Below, one piece after another: positions 1 through 16,212 of a stretch of DNA of 64,000 bases. The first letter of the stretch is position 1; each line of letters starts with the position of its first letter. Source of the DNA: the human T2T-CHM13v2.0 reference genome, Homo sapiens. Position numbers and translations under genes: made by a program. The notes beneath the pieces are model-generated. The model had not been told where the DNA came from. It ran no database searches and worked only from the letters and a program-made list of their open reading frames with translations. Location: NCBI RefSeq assembly GCF_009914755.1, contig NC_060938.1. The stretch is one strand, 5' to 3'.

Positions 1-177
1 GAAAGAAGAGACACACTGTCTCCTGGATATTTCCCCCAACACACACAAAGAACACTCAGTTTTGTCACTGCATATCCACATCAATGACACCCTCCAGTAT
101 CATCATGGTTGAGCCCCTCACGGCGGCTACTGAGTAGTTGCACTCGCCTTGGTCCCTTTCTCCTGCTTTCCCAGTGA

Positions 178-581
<404 letters not shown>

Positions 582-657
582 TGAGGCTTTAGGACTATTC
601 AGATGCAGAGTGAGTAGGCACACAGTGCCCATATTTCACCTGAGCTCCCCATAATAG

Positions 658-1311
<654 letters not shown>

Positions 1312-1342
1312 TAAATTTAGTTTCCTATTTAATTCAATTAGA

Positions 1343-1643
1343 TTTTATTTATTTATTTTTTTCAAGACAGAGTCTTGTTCTGTAACCCAGGCTTATGCAG
1401 TGGCACAATCATTGCTCACTGCAGCTTTGACCTTTGGGGCTCAAGCAATCCTCCCACCTCAGCCTCCTAAGTTCCTGGAACTACAGGCATGCGACACCAT
1501 GCCTGGCTAATTTTTAAGAAATCTTTTGTAGAGATGAAGTCTCACCATATTGCCTAGGCTGGTCTCAAACTCCTGAACTCAAGCAGTCCTCCCGCCTTTG
1601 CCTCCCAAAGTGTTGGGATTACAGTAAGACACTGTGCCTGGCC
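1343..1643 (-). mobile_element. AluJ-type SINE
   Basis: Antisense Alu with J-type diagnostics (GCTCAAGCAATCCTCCCACCTC); diverged. Confidence 0.92.
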
Positions 1644-1775
1644 CTAGATGAGAAATAGAGCTTTTAGCAACATTTCTGCTACAAGAGTAGTATTTGCAGA
1701 GGAGTGAAGTTAAGTTTAATCTTGTATTGCCAAAAGCTATGATTTATCAGTTAAGATGATTTGATTGAAAGTAAC

Positions 1776-2325
1776 TGTATTAGGGTTCTCTAGAGGGACA
1801 GAACTAATGGGATATATGTATATATGAAGGGGAGTTTATTAAGGAGAATTGACTTACACAATCAAAAGTCCCACAATGAGTAGTCTGCAAGTTAAGGAGC
1901 AAGGAAGCCAGTGGTGGATCAGTTCAAGTCCCAAAACCTCACAAGTATGGAAGCTGACAGTGAAGCCTTCAGTCTGTGGCCAAAGGGCCGAGAGCTCCTG
2001 GCAAACCACTAGTGTAAGTCCAAGAGTCCAAAAGCTGAAGAACTTGGAGTCTGATGTTCAAGGGCAGGAAGTATCCAGCATGAGAGAAAGATGAAGGCTG
2101 GAAGACTCAGCAAGTCAAGTCTTTCTACGTTCTTCTGCCTGTTTCATTCTAGCCACGCTGGCTGCTGATTAGATGGTGCCCACCCAAGATGAGGGTGGGT
2201 CTGTCTCTCCCAGTCCACTAACTTAAGTGTTAATCTCTGTTGGCAAAACCCTCGTAGACACACCCAGGAACAGTACTTGGCATCCTTCAATCCAATCAAG
2301 TTGACACTCAATATTAACCATCACA
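1776..2325 (-). mobile_element. MLT2A2-like (ERVL) solo LTR, full length
   Basis: Minus strand begins TGTGATGGTTAATATTGAGTGTCAACTTGATTGGATTGAAGG (MLT2A 5' end) and ends ...CTAATACA; 550 bp; perfect 5-bp TSD GTAAC (1771-1775, 2326-2330). Confidence 0.92.
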
Positions 2326-2591
2326 GTAACAAACTCCAAATCAAACCAATTTGAACAATAAGGAAATTTGTTATATCACATAGCAGAAAGAAAAGAGGTA
2401 CAGTAAGTTCCAGAGTTGTTGATTCAACAGCTCAAAGATGTCACCAATGATCCAAGACCTCTCTGCTCTCCCATCTTAAGTAGCCTCACCCTGGGGCTGG
2501 GAGTGAGATGGCTGTAGTGGTCCCAGCCTCACACCCAGACCTAAAATCCAGAGGGAAATGACAAACTACCTCTTCCTGTGGTTTCTTTTAG

Positions 2592-2921
<330 letters not shown>

Positions 2922-2968
2922 ACTCATCAGATTTTATCTAACATTTCATTATCTAGAATAGGGTCACA

Positions 2969-3351
2969 GCTTAAGCTAAATTATGCTCTAGTAGGAAATA
3001 ATCCTCAACTCTCAGCAGTTTCAGACTGCAAAGGTGTGTTTCTTGCTTCATGCAAAGTATGTTGTGGTTCCAGAGACTCTCTGGGGCAGCTTGCTCCATG
3101 AGTTGGTGGCTCAGAAATCTTGTGGACACCTGCATCTCCATTCTTCCACATTCCTTATGGCAGAGGGAGAGTAGCAGAGGGTCTTGCACAACTGTTTAAT
3201 GCTGAATCCCTAAGTGATACTTTTCACTTTCGTTCATGGCTTATTAGTCATATGGCCCCATTCAGTTGCAAGTATATGGAGAAGTATTGTCTTCCTATGT
3301 CCTAAGGAGGGACAGTAGAATCAGATGTGGAGGACACTGGAAAGTCTCCAC
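2969..3351 (-). mobile_element. MLT1J-like MaLR LTR
   Basis: TATGCT...CCTCAACTCTCAG...AAAGGTGTGTTTCTTGCT and TAGTCATATGGCCCCA...TGCAAG resemble antisense MLT1J; ends CTCCACCAC. Confidence 0.55.
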
Positions 3352-4039
3352 CACCATGCCTAATCCTGACCAGTCACCCGAGAAGGTGGTGGTAGCAGGG
3401 CAGTGGAATAAGATAAGGCTAATCTTCTAAGGTGGGATCAATGTTGAGGAGTAAATCATAAATCCACTCCAGGTGGTCTGACAATTAAGAAAACAAATAT
3501 AAACCTTTTAGATCTTAGAAGATGACACAAATTAAAGAGTAGTTTACTCTATATTGCTCATGTATTGATTACCCAATCTTTGATTTGATCATCAGAAAAA
3601 AGAAGAATGACAAATCCAGTTACCTGTGTTAGATCTTACCTAAACACACTACCACTCTCCACCTGAAAAGTCCCTTCTGCCTAAACAATTTGAATTTGGA
3701 GACACAAGTGTTTCATACAATTTCAGGGTTCATTTTATTTGCACATCACAGTTGAACATTTAAGGGTTCGTAAAATGGTTTTTGATCCGCAGAACAATCT
3801 TTATTAAGTTAAAATTCTATTCAATCTCTAGCAACCAAATTTAGTCTCAAATATGAGGAAGAAGTTTATGGGCAGCTTTTGGAAACTCTTCCTACAAAAC
3901 CAAACACAGGACACTATTTTTTAAAAAAGGATTTCTCATGGCCTCTCAATTTCTCAAAATGAAACCCGGCTTCTTCTTCTCTAAAAGGTAGACTCTGCCA
4001 CATGCCACATTTGAAAAAAGCTTTTTTTTGGTCTTGGCC

Positions 4040-4104
4040 ATCCAGTGACCAGCTGCATCAAAATTCCCTGGAGAATTATAAACGTTCCTTCCTCACCACC
4101 ACCA

Positions 4105-4156
<52 letters not shown>

Positions 4157-4280
4157 AATAAATAAATATAAATAGAAGAAGCTGGAGCCTAGAGATTCTG
4201 CTTGAGTGGCTCCAGTATGTGGCTCAGGGAGCTACACTTTTAAAAAGCCTCTCAAATAATCATGATGTGCTGCTGGTTTT
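4040..4280. mobile_element. MER5-like hAT-Charlie fragment split by a microsatellite
   Basis: GACCAGCTGCATCAAAATTCCCTGG ... AGAGATTCTG...CACTTTTAAAAAGCCTCTC; highly diverged. Confidence 0.5.
4106..4151 (+). repeat. (CA)23 microsatellite preceded by (CAC)n
   Basis: Read directly from the sequence. Confidence 0.98.
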
Positions 4281-4735
4281 ACATCACAGTTTTCTGTCAA
4301 CAGGTAAAGGGCCTCCTATTGACAGTTATTTTCTTCACCTGATGGTTAGTTTATCTAACAAGTCATGGCTCTCATTAGGTTGTTAGGGCAACAGAGTGAT
4401 CTTTATTGAGCCTAATAGAATAATAAATCCAGCTGGTGTCACTTTATTGTATGTAAGTCTAGGTGTTTGTTTCTTGACACTATTCTGACGGGTCAGATGA
4501 TATTTCTGAAGGAAAAACAGATCCCTCCTTCTGGTTTGACTTTGTATAGAATGAATTTTAATGTAACTGAGCCCACCTTTAGTATAGCTTTTTCTCATTA
4601 TAAATAGAAGTGGTTGCCAGTATTCTTGCTTGCCTTTTAAAATAGCAAACATTTAGTGATAAAAATCTTGTTCTGTTCTCTGTATGTCAGTTTATTCATC
4701 TGTAAAGTAGAGACAATAATAGCATCTATTTATTA

Positions 4736-5066
<331 letters not shown>

Positions 5067-5068
5067 GA

Positions 5069-7176
<2,108 letters not shown>

Positions 7177-7309
7177 TTAAATGAGATAATATCCATGGCG
7201 GATTCATAGTAGACGTTTAATAGGTTTTAGCTATTATTGATTGCACTCTCCTGCACTCAGTTAATATAACTCCTGTTCTATTACTGTGTCCCTTCTGAAA
7301 CACCATGAA

Positions 7310-7560
7310 GCAACATGATACAGAGGAAAGGCAGTGCTAGCTGGTAGACAAACTCAAGTTCTAATCATAACTCTGACACCTATGAGTCAGTTATATGACG
7401 TTGGGCAAAATAAAATCTTTCTCTAGCCTTATTCTCATCAGTAAAACGAGGATAATTGCTCTTTGTCCTCATCGCAGGCCTTTTGGGTTTGTTTGCTTGT
7501 TTAAGAATCAAATACATGATTTCAGGGGGAAAAACGGCTTTGCAAACTGTTAAGTGCTAT
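7310..7560 (+). mobile_element. MIR SINE
   Basis: AGTTCTAATC...CTCTGACAC...TGACGTTGGGCAA...CTCATCAGTAAAACGAGGATAAT core. Confidence 0.7.
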
Positions 7561-8162
7561 AGGAACACGAACATATTGAACATACATTTATTAAATCCCT
7601 CTTACTCATCTACCACCGCTATTACTAATAAATATGACCATTTACTCGCTTGAAACCCATGCTGGAATTTGACATGCAAATATCCTGAGTGTTGCTCATT
7701 TGCATTGGAAAAAGGGAAAGAGGTGGGAGGCCTTTTGAAGCCTTTTAAAAATTGAGCTAAGGGGATGAATTCTTATCACTGGGCCCAAGATATAATTGAT
7801 TTTCTACACAATGGCTCACAGGTGCTACATTTAACACCCTGAGTAGTAGGAGGATGGAAACGTATCCCAAGGTGCAGCTATTACTTAAAATATCTACAAA
7901 ATCAGCCGCTTCACTCTGGGGAAGGCAGAGAAGCCTTGGCGGTGGGAGGACCTGGTGGGGGGACTCCACCCAGTTGGCGGATGTGCTGACAGAGGCACCT
8001 GCTCCTTGCTTATCCCACTCGGAGAACTGGGCCTTGGCTTCCATGGCCAGAAGCCAAAAAGCACCTCTTTTTCAGACCTGGATCACAAGGGCCGGGAAGA
8101 ACACAGGGCAAACCCACCATGAAATACATAGTAATATTATAACAACCCTTTCAGAATTCACT

Positions 8163-8176
8163 GTTGCTATGTCAAC
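8163..8176. promoter_or_regulatory. Candidate RFX X-box
   Basis: GTTGCTATGTCAAC versus GTTGCYATGGCAAC (13/14) in unique DNA; motif match only. Confidence 0.35.
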
Positions 8177-8581
8177 AAAGCAGCTGGGGAAATTGGGTCT
8201 TTGGGAAATTGGGAAATGAGGTCAGCTTTGGCAACCTGGCAAATGTTTCCTTCTCTCAGAACAATTGCTCTGTGACACCAGTCAGCCTTTTCCTACCTAC
8301 CCTTTCTTCTGCTTATTTCTATGAAAATTGAGAAGCAAAACAACAGCCATTAAGGTTTGGGGTTAGGGAATTTCTGTGTCATGGAAGAAGAAAGAGAAAC
8401 AAAATGATTTTTCTCTCCCCACCAACCTTAACCCTTTTCACCTGTTTATGCCCTTTTCTCAGTTCCAACCTGGACTCCACCAGACTGAAATGGATTCTGT
8501 AGCCATCTCTGTGATTTTAGTTGAATTACTGACTTCATCTCAGTTTCAATTACCTCCTCTTCTAAAATGAAAGTATATTCG

Positions 8582-9056
8582 CAGGACTGACTACATAATT
8601 TGTGGGGCGAATACAAGATCAAAGTGTGGGGTCCTTTATAAAAATGGTTAAGGCCAGGCGTGGTGGCTTACGCCTGTAATCCCAACACTTTGGGAGGGAG
8701 GCCAAGGCCAATGGATCACTTGAGCTCAGGAGTTCGAGACCAGCCTGGCCAACATGGTGAAACCCTGTCTCTACTAAAAATACAAAAATTAGCCAGGCAT
8801 GGTGGCACACACCTGTAGTCCCAGCTACTCAGGAGGCTGACGCAGGAGCGTTGCTTGAAGCTGGGAGGCGGAGCTTGCAGTGAGCCGAGATTGTGCCACT
8901 GCACTCCAGACTGGGTGACAGAGCGAGACTCTGTCTCAAAAAAAAAGGTTAAGAATTTCAAGACAATGATAGCAGACCATTAAACCAAGCACAGTGCCCT
9001 AAGCATGGAGCCACTTGTGAGGACACAGGTTGCAGGCCCCTGAAGCTGGGCGTCTG
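8582..9056 (-). mobile_element. MER45A (hAT-Tip100) split by an Alu
   Basis: CAGGACTGACTACATAATTTGTGGGGC ... AATTTCAAGAC...GCAGACCATTAAACCAAGCAC...CACAGGTTGCA matches antisense MER45A. Confidence 0.75.
8652..8946 (+). mobile_element. AluS-type SINE
   Basis: Sense Alu; TSD AAAA(T/A)GGTTAAG. Confidence 0.96.
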
Positions 9057-9520
9057 TATTAATTAAGATTCTGTGTTTACAAATGAGAGAAGCCAAGTCA
9101 TGCTTGTTCTGCAAGAATTACTTCACGGAACGGTTACTGTGGTGTATGGAATCTGAGGGAGAGGTGATCAAGTGAGGGGTTTTGGCCTGTGCCGCAGACT
9201 CAGCTGGGATGAGCCCCCAGGCCCCTGTCCTCTCATCTCTGCCCTCCTCAGAGTAGCAGCTCTGTCCTCTGCCTTCGGATGTACACTGAGGATTGAGCAG
9301 CCCAGGCAACTCCTGAGTTTTCCATTTTAAGCTTCAGCCACCAGAGAGACTCACTGACACGCTCTTGGTCTCCTAAATGCAAAAAAAAAAACCTGGGAAG
9401 GGCTGCCCTTCACATTAGCTCAGGTGCCCACCCTAGACCAATCAACCATGGATGGGGCCCCCAGTGAGCTTCAGAATAATGGTGGGGAAGTGGGGGGGCA
9501 GACTGGCAAATAATCCTTAT
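9055..9520 (-). mobile_element. MLT1K-like MaLR LTR
   Basis: Starts TGTATTAATTAAGATTCT; contains TCAGGTGCCCACCCTAGACCAATCA; diverged. Confidence 0.55.
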
Positions 9521-10345
9521 AGGTGCCTACCTGTTATAAGAACATGGATGTCTGATTTCATCTCACGGCTGCTACAGATCTATTGGTAGCAACTGCCTCG
9601 AGGAATGGATAGAGACTATGGCTGGGGCCACGGCTAGACTTGATAGGGCAGGCCACCCTGCTGTCCATGAGAAGCGATTGCCCAGCTGCCTGCATCTGCC
9701 ATCCCTGGACTAGATGCTGTTGAGCACAGTGTTCTCTCACAGCCCTAACATTCTATGCGTATTGCCTCTCTCTGCTCATAGTCATCCCCCAAATCAACTT
9801 TCAGGAAGCCTTCACATGTAGGGATAATTTATTTCATTCAATAGATGTTGGTGCAATCTGATTAAATCTTTTAAAAATAAATGGATTTATTTTAAACACA
9901 CAAGAGAAATGCGCTAGCTTAGGCAATCCCAAAGCGAATCCTTTTGTAAAGCAGACTCTTATTTAAATTGAATAGCCACCTAGCTCCTTCACAAATACGA
10001 ATTTTTATATAGAGTGCTTTGCTTCACTGAGATAGACTGAGACTCCAACTTGCAAATGCAACCACTGAGGAAGAAGGTGGTGGGTCTGCAGCTTATAGAA
10101 AAATGTATCAATAGGCCTTGATCTATCCCACCCCCATCTAAGCGCAAGAGAGGGTTTCTCCTTCATTGGTACATCTTCTGGTGACTTCTCCCCTTCAAGG
10201 ATGCCTGAGTGTTTATTTCAGCATGTGTCCACTTGTAGAGAAATTTTTTCTTTATGTGGTGGTGTGAGGGTGAGCAGCAGATGCAAATAAAGGTGACAGC
10301 TTTAGATATGCACTGTCTAATTTGGTAGCTATGAGCCACAAATGC

Positions 10346-10534
10346 TTTTTTCTCTTTCTTTCCTTTCTTCTTTCTTTCCTTTCTTCTTTCCTCTTTCTCT
10401 TTGTCTGTTTTTCTCTTTCTTTCTTTTTTCATTTTTTTCCCATTTCTTTCTTTCTTTCTTTCTCTTCCTTTCTTTCCTTCTCTCTTCTTCCTTCCTTCCT
10501 TCCTTTTCTTTTCTTTCTTTCTTTATTCTTTCTC
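10346..10534 (+). repeat. TC-rich low-complexity tract (expanded Alu tail)
   Basis: ~190 bp almost purely pyrimidine (TTTC/TTCC units) abutting the Alu poly-T. Confidence 0.95.
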
Positions 10535-10834
<300 letters not shown>

Positions 10835-11089
10835 CCACATGTGCTATGGAGCCCTTGAAACATGGCTGTACTGAATAGAGACATCCTGTATATGTGAATA
10901 CCCCACAAGATTTTGCAGACTTCGTATGAAAAAAAGGAAACTATCTTAATTTTACTATTTATTAATTGCATGCTGATTTTTTTTCATACATTGGGTCAAA
11001 TAAATTGTATTATTAATTTTACCTGTTTCTTTTTAGTTTTTAATGCAGCTACTGAAAAATTTAAGGTGACTGACGTGGTTCGTACAGGC

Positions 11090-11390
11090 AGTCAGGAGGC
11101 CACGCTCAACTAACTGGTTGCTGCTTCTCCGTGTGGTCTCCAGGCTTCTCCGTGTGTTCTCTCCAGAAAAGGAATGGTGGCTCCATGGTGGCTCAAAGGT
11201 TTAAAGGAAGGAAGCAGAAACTGCCAGTCCTCTTAAAGGCTGGGCCCAGAAATGACAGAAAGTCACAGAGTCTGCCCGGGCTCAAAAAGAGGGGACACAG
11301 ACCCAGTTCCTGGTGGGAGGGGTCTCAAAAATTTGGATGGGCGTCTGTATCTCCCTCTGCATCAATCTCATAGAAGGTTCATGCCCCTGC
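11090..11390 (-). mobile_element. MLT1 (F/G/H-type) LTR fragment
   Basis: CATGGTGGCTCA...GCAGAAACTGCCAGTCCTCTTAAAGGCTGGGCCCAGAA...AAGTCACAG. Confidence 0.5.
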
Positions 11391-13369
11391 TCCAGCAGAT
11401 TCTCCTCTGAGCTGAGTACAGTGATCATCAGGGCTGAGAAGCGCTGAGAAGGGTGACTGTGGGGCAGGGAACTCTGGTCACCCTGGTGGCCTCTGACTCT
11501 GCTCCTCACCCACCATGCAGACACAGGAAAGTTGCTGGCCCTTCTATAAAACAGGGATGTTTTCATCACCTAATGAGCCATAAGGACTGTGCCAACTCAA
11601 ATCTCTGCCTGGAAACGATGGCCCTAGGGAAGGGCCCTTGCCACCAGACCTGAGGGACACTGCACATGGGGGAGAGGGCTCTCACAGGACCGCATGGCGT
11701 CTTCTAGAATGACAAGCTAGTGCTCCCTCAAAGGAAGACAGGAAGGGATTCATGGGCATTCCCATTCAGCAGATGACGGAAAACATAAGTGTCCCTCTCT
11801 TGCTCTTCCTTGATTCTGTTCTAACCTAAGGCTTATCTTCTAAAGGGCTGACCTTCTGCCCACTCTTTTCCTAATGACTGGTAGGAAGCAGCCCACCCTA
11901 TTTTACTCATTGCCACATCGAACCTGAGCCCACCCTGCCCATTGTTTCATCCGCTTCCCTCCCCCTCCCTCCAGGCCTGTGCAAGAAGACTTATTTCCTG
12001 TGTGGGAAATGAAGCAGAAAGTGGCAGTGGACGAGCCACCGTCATTTCTGAGCCGCACTGCCCACCTAGCATGGTTTGGGCTCTCAGAACAGCTAACTGG
12101 CACCTTTGCTCCCCGGGGCAGTATTTGAAAGTAGCGTCAGCTCCCAGTACCCAGTTAAAATTCACACCTTTTATCCTCCACAATCATTTGAGATTCATAT
12201 CATTAAGTTTGATTCTGGGAAGATGCCTCGATATTCTAAATTATTTGTCAGCCTGGCACGGCAAAAAAATATTTGTGAAATCCATTTCAAAAGATGTTAA
12301 CACTGGTGAAACCCACATGCCCCCAGAGGGATTATACAAATTTCCATGTCAAATATTTGAGGCAAAGCACTTGTAGAGAAACAGTGTTTTTTTGTGTTTT
12401 GATGCCTTTCATTTCCATAAACTAGATTACTTTCTGAAATTACTTTCACACAGAGAACAGTTTCTATTGAATTCCAGTCAGTGAACTCCTCTGAGTGTGA
12501 GGTGAATAAAATATTTTGGGGCTGTGGGGCTTCCTTCATGCATATACACCCGTGTCATGTAAGGACAGCAAACCAAGTTGAGATGTTATCTTCAGCGCTC
12601 ATGTACCCCGATCTGCTGTCTTACAGTAATTGCTAAACAACTGATTCATTTAGAGCCTAACAAGGACGCTCTCCAGCTTTTCTTCCCCTGTCTCTCCTAC
12701 CTGGCTAACAATGACTCTGGCTCTGTTGTTAACTGCAGATTTGCTGGCAGGCAGCTGCTTGCTACAGCGAGGTTCTCCAACAGTCAAGTTTTATCTGCTT
12801 CTTGCAAACACTGATTCTGCCAAAAAAATTCACACAAAAAAATTTGATCCCAGCAAACATTGTCCTGTTGTCCTAGTTCTGTCAAACCCACAAAATTAAA
12901 ATGGACTTCGTTTTCTTAAAGGGGGGAAAAAAAGAAAAAAGAAAAAAGTAGTGGAGGAGCCAAGTAGAAGAAAGCTGCTGGGTTCAACGTTACTTGAAAC
13001 AGACAGACATTTCCCATAGGTGGGAGCTGCGAGCTGCTGTATGGAGACAGAATGTTGATTCCTATACAGGTGGGAACAGTCACTTGAAGTTCTTATCTCC
13101 CAGGCATACCAGGGAGCATTCTCAGAACTGGGAAATACATTTCTTAGCAAATCTCACCTTGAGCAACTTTAAAATGACCAACTAATGATCACGGGAGGGT
13201 AGCTCCAGCTGCAGCCAGAGTGTGGCCCTGAAGACATCAGAGAGCAGGGCACTCCCACCTGAGAGGGAGGGGGAACAAAAGGAGAAGCCTAGAGCAGGCA
13301 GGGCTTGCTTTGTTTGTTGGTTTGGTTTTTTTAGTTTTATTTTCTTTTTCAGAGAAGACAGTTTCAAGC

Positions 13370-13935
13370 TCTCCTCTAAGTAAGGTGGGAGCCACTGGAG
13401 GGCATGAACTGAGGCGTGAGATGTTATGATTTACTAATGAACAAGATCACTCTGGCCACTGAGATAGGAGTGGGACCACAAGAAGGAAGGGTTAGAAGGC
13501 TGTTGGAATCACCAAGCCAAGAGATGATGGCGGCTTGAACTAGAGCGATAGCAGAAAAAGGGGTCAGAAAGGATTGAATTCTGGATATATTTGAAGGTGA
13601 GCCAACCCCTCCTGGGAGTGAGAATAAAGGAAGAGTAAAAGATGACCCTAAATTTGTTGTCCTGAGCAGCTGGACAAATGAAGTTGCCATTTACTTAGAT
13701 GAAGAAGGCTGCAGATGGAAACCAGGATTTGGACATACCCGATGCTCATTCTGGGATGTCTATTAGACTGCCCAGTGGAAAAATCAAATAGGCAGACAGG
13801 GTAGTCTACAATGGAATATAACTTTGAGAGTCATCTATTCATAGATGTATTCAAAGCCTTGGAACTGGATGAGATCACCAAGGGGGTGAAAGTAAAGATA
13901 AGAAGAGGCCCCCCAGGCGCTGCAACATTAAGACA
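13370..13935 (-). mobile_element. L2 LINE ORF2 fragment
   Basis: Typical antisense L2 DNA; minus ORF 13424-13690 translates NISRIQSFLT...LVQAAIISWLGDSNSLL, matching the L2-clade ORF2 C-terminal motif. Confidence 0.88.
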
Positions 13936-14489
13936 TATTTTCAGCCTATCAAAATGTAAATACAATGCAAAATCAGTTAATTTTGTATGCACAAAAACTA
14001 TCTGGTCACTTAATAGGCCCTAGAGGATTGAAACACAGAACGCGTGGCTTTGGAAGGAGACACAGCAAAGTCACAAGGATTTGGTTGACACTTAAGGGAA
14101 TGGGAAGGAGGAAGGAGTGGTATCTATCAACTTCAGAGCAGGCTCACTCCAGAAAGCAGAGGTTTTAGCAATAGCCAAGGATGCAGATAGGGCAGCCCAG
14201 GTGTGCTGGGAGGTCAATGGGCTGCTTGAAGAGAAAAGGAGACCAAAGCCCAAGGAACAACATCTGCTTTGCAAATTCGACTTGGTCCTCTTGTTTCTCC
14301 TTGCCCTTCTCTATTTCACCGCCTTCACTCCTCATGCCCATGCACTGCAGGTAGGCATGCACATGCCCACATGCTCTCCCATATTTTCCCTCCCTTCACA
14401 TCCAGGAAAGAGGTTGGTAACAGAGTACAGTCTATGGAAAGAGGCCTCCTGCTGGGTGGACAAATGCTGGAGACCAAAGTAGCCACCCC

Positions 14490-14720
14490 ATCCCTTTCAT
14501 TCTCCATCCCCTCACTCTGCTTCACTTTTCTGCATCTCCTCACCGCCACCCCAACATTTCATGATGGATTTGTTTATTGCCTTCTCAACCACTGAACAGG
14601 AACTCCAAGGGGGCAGAGACTTTGTTTGGTTCACTAATGCATCGTTAGTTTCTGGAACTGTGGCTAGTATTAATACATAGCAGGTGCTCAATAAAATTAT
14701 GTATTGAATGAAATGAATGG
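14490..14720 (+). mobile_element. L2 3' end
   Basis: CTCCAAGGGGGCAGAGACTTTGT...CATAGCAGGTGCTCAATAAA...TGAATGAAATGAATG. Confidence 0.8.
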
Positions 14721-14905
14721 TGTGCTGAAAGATACTGAGTGTTGCAATGCCAACACCAACGAGTTATGTGACTTTGGACAAGTTTCATCATCTCTCCTAG
14801 CTTCAGTTATTTGAACTACAAAATGGAAAGCATATCCACCTCGGTGGGTTGTGAGAATTAAATGAGATTGTTTTTGTAAAGCACATGGTCTGTAATGGGT
14901 ACATA
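14721..14905 (+). mobile_element. MIR SINE
   Basis: TGTGACTTTGGACAAGTT...GGTTGTGAGAATTAAATGAGA...TGTAAAGCAC. Confidence 0.75.
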
Positions 14906-15073
14906 AGGAAACCTTTCTTCATCCATGCCCCCAACTTCCATCCAAAGAGAGTTGCAGAGAATTCAATTCTGGTTTTAGTGATGCAAACTAGCTTTTGGCA
15001 TCGTGGGTTCTCTCTACCTTTTTTAGCTTTCTATGAAGTAAAAAAGTTTTAAGTGGCAGAGAATGAGTTTTCA

Positions 15074-15476
<403 letters not shown>

Positions 15477-15587
15477 CTAATAGACATTCAACAATATTAG
15501 ATGAATGAGTAAATGCACAGTGAGATAAATAAAAATCCAACTTAAATGTAAAGGCTTTACTAAATCTTGCTCTCGATTATCACTACA

Positions 15588-15719
15588 TTTTTTTTTTAAT
15601 GGAGATAGTGTATTGCTATGTCGACCAGGCTGGTCTTGAACTCCTGGCCACAAACTATCCTCCTGCCTCAGCCTCCCAAAGTGTTGGGATTATAGGCATG
15701 AGCCACTGCGTGCCTAGCC
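15588..15719 (-). mobile_element. FLAM / Alu left monomer
   Basis: Single antisense monomer with poly-T. Confidence 0.85.
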
Positions 15720-15754
15720 TAAGTTTTATTTTTGTCAAAGTAGCCTATACTCTA

Positions 15755-16212
<458 letters not shown>

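Noticed and set aside
1849-2094. 81-aa ORF within the LTR
   Set aside because: Antisense reading of the MLT2A2 LTR; no gag/pol/env sequence in the window.
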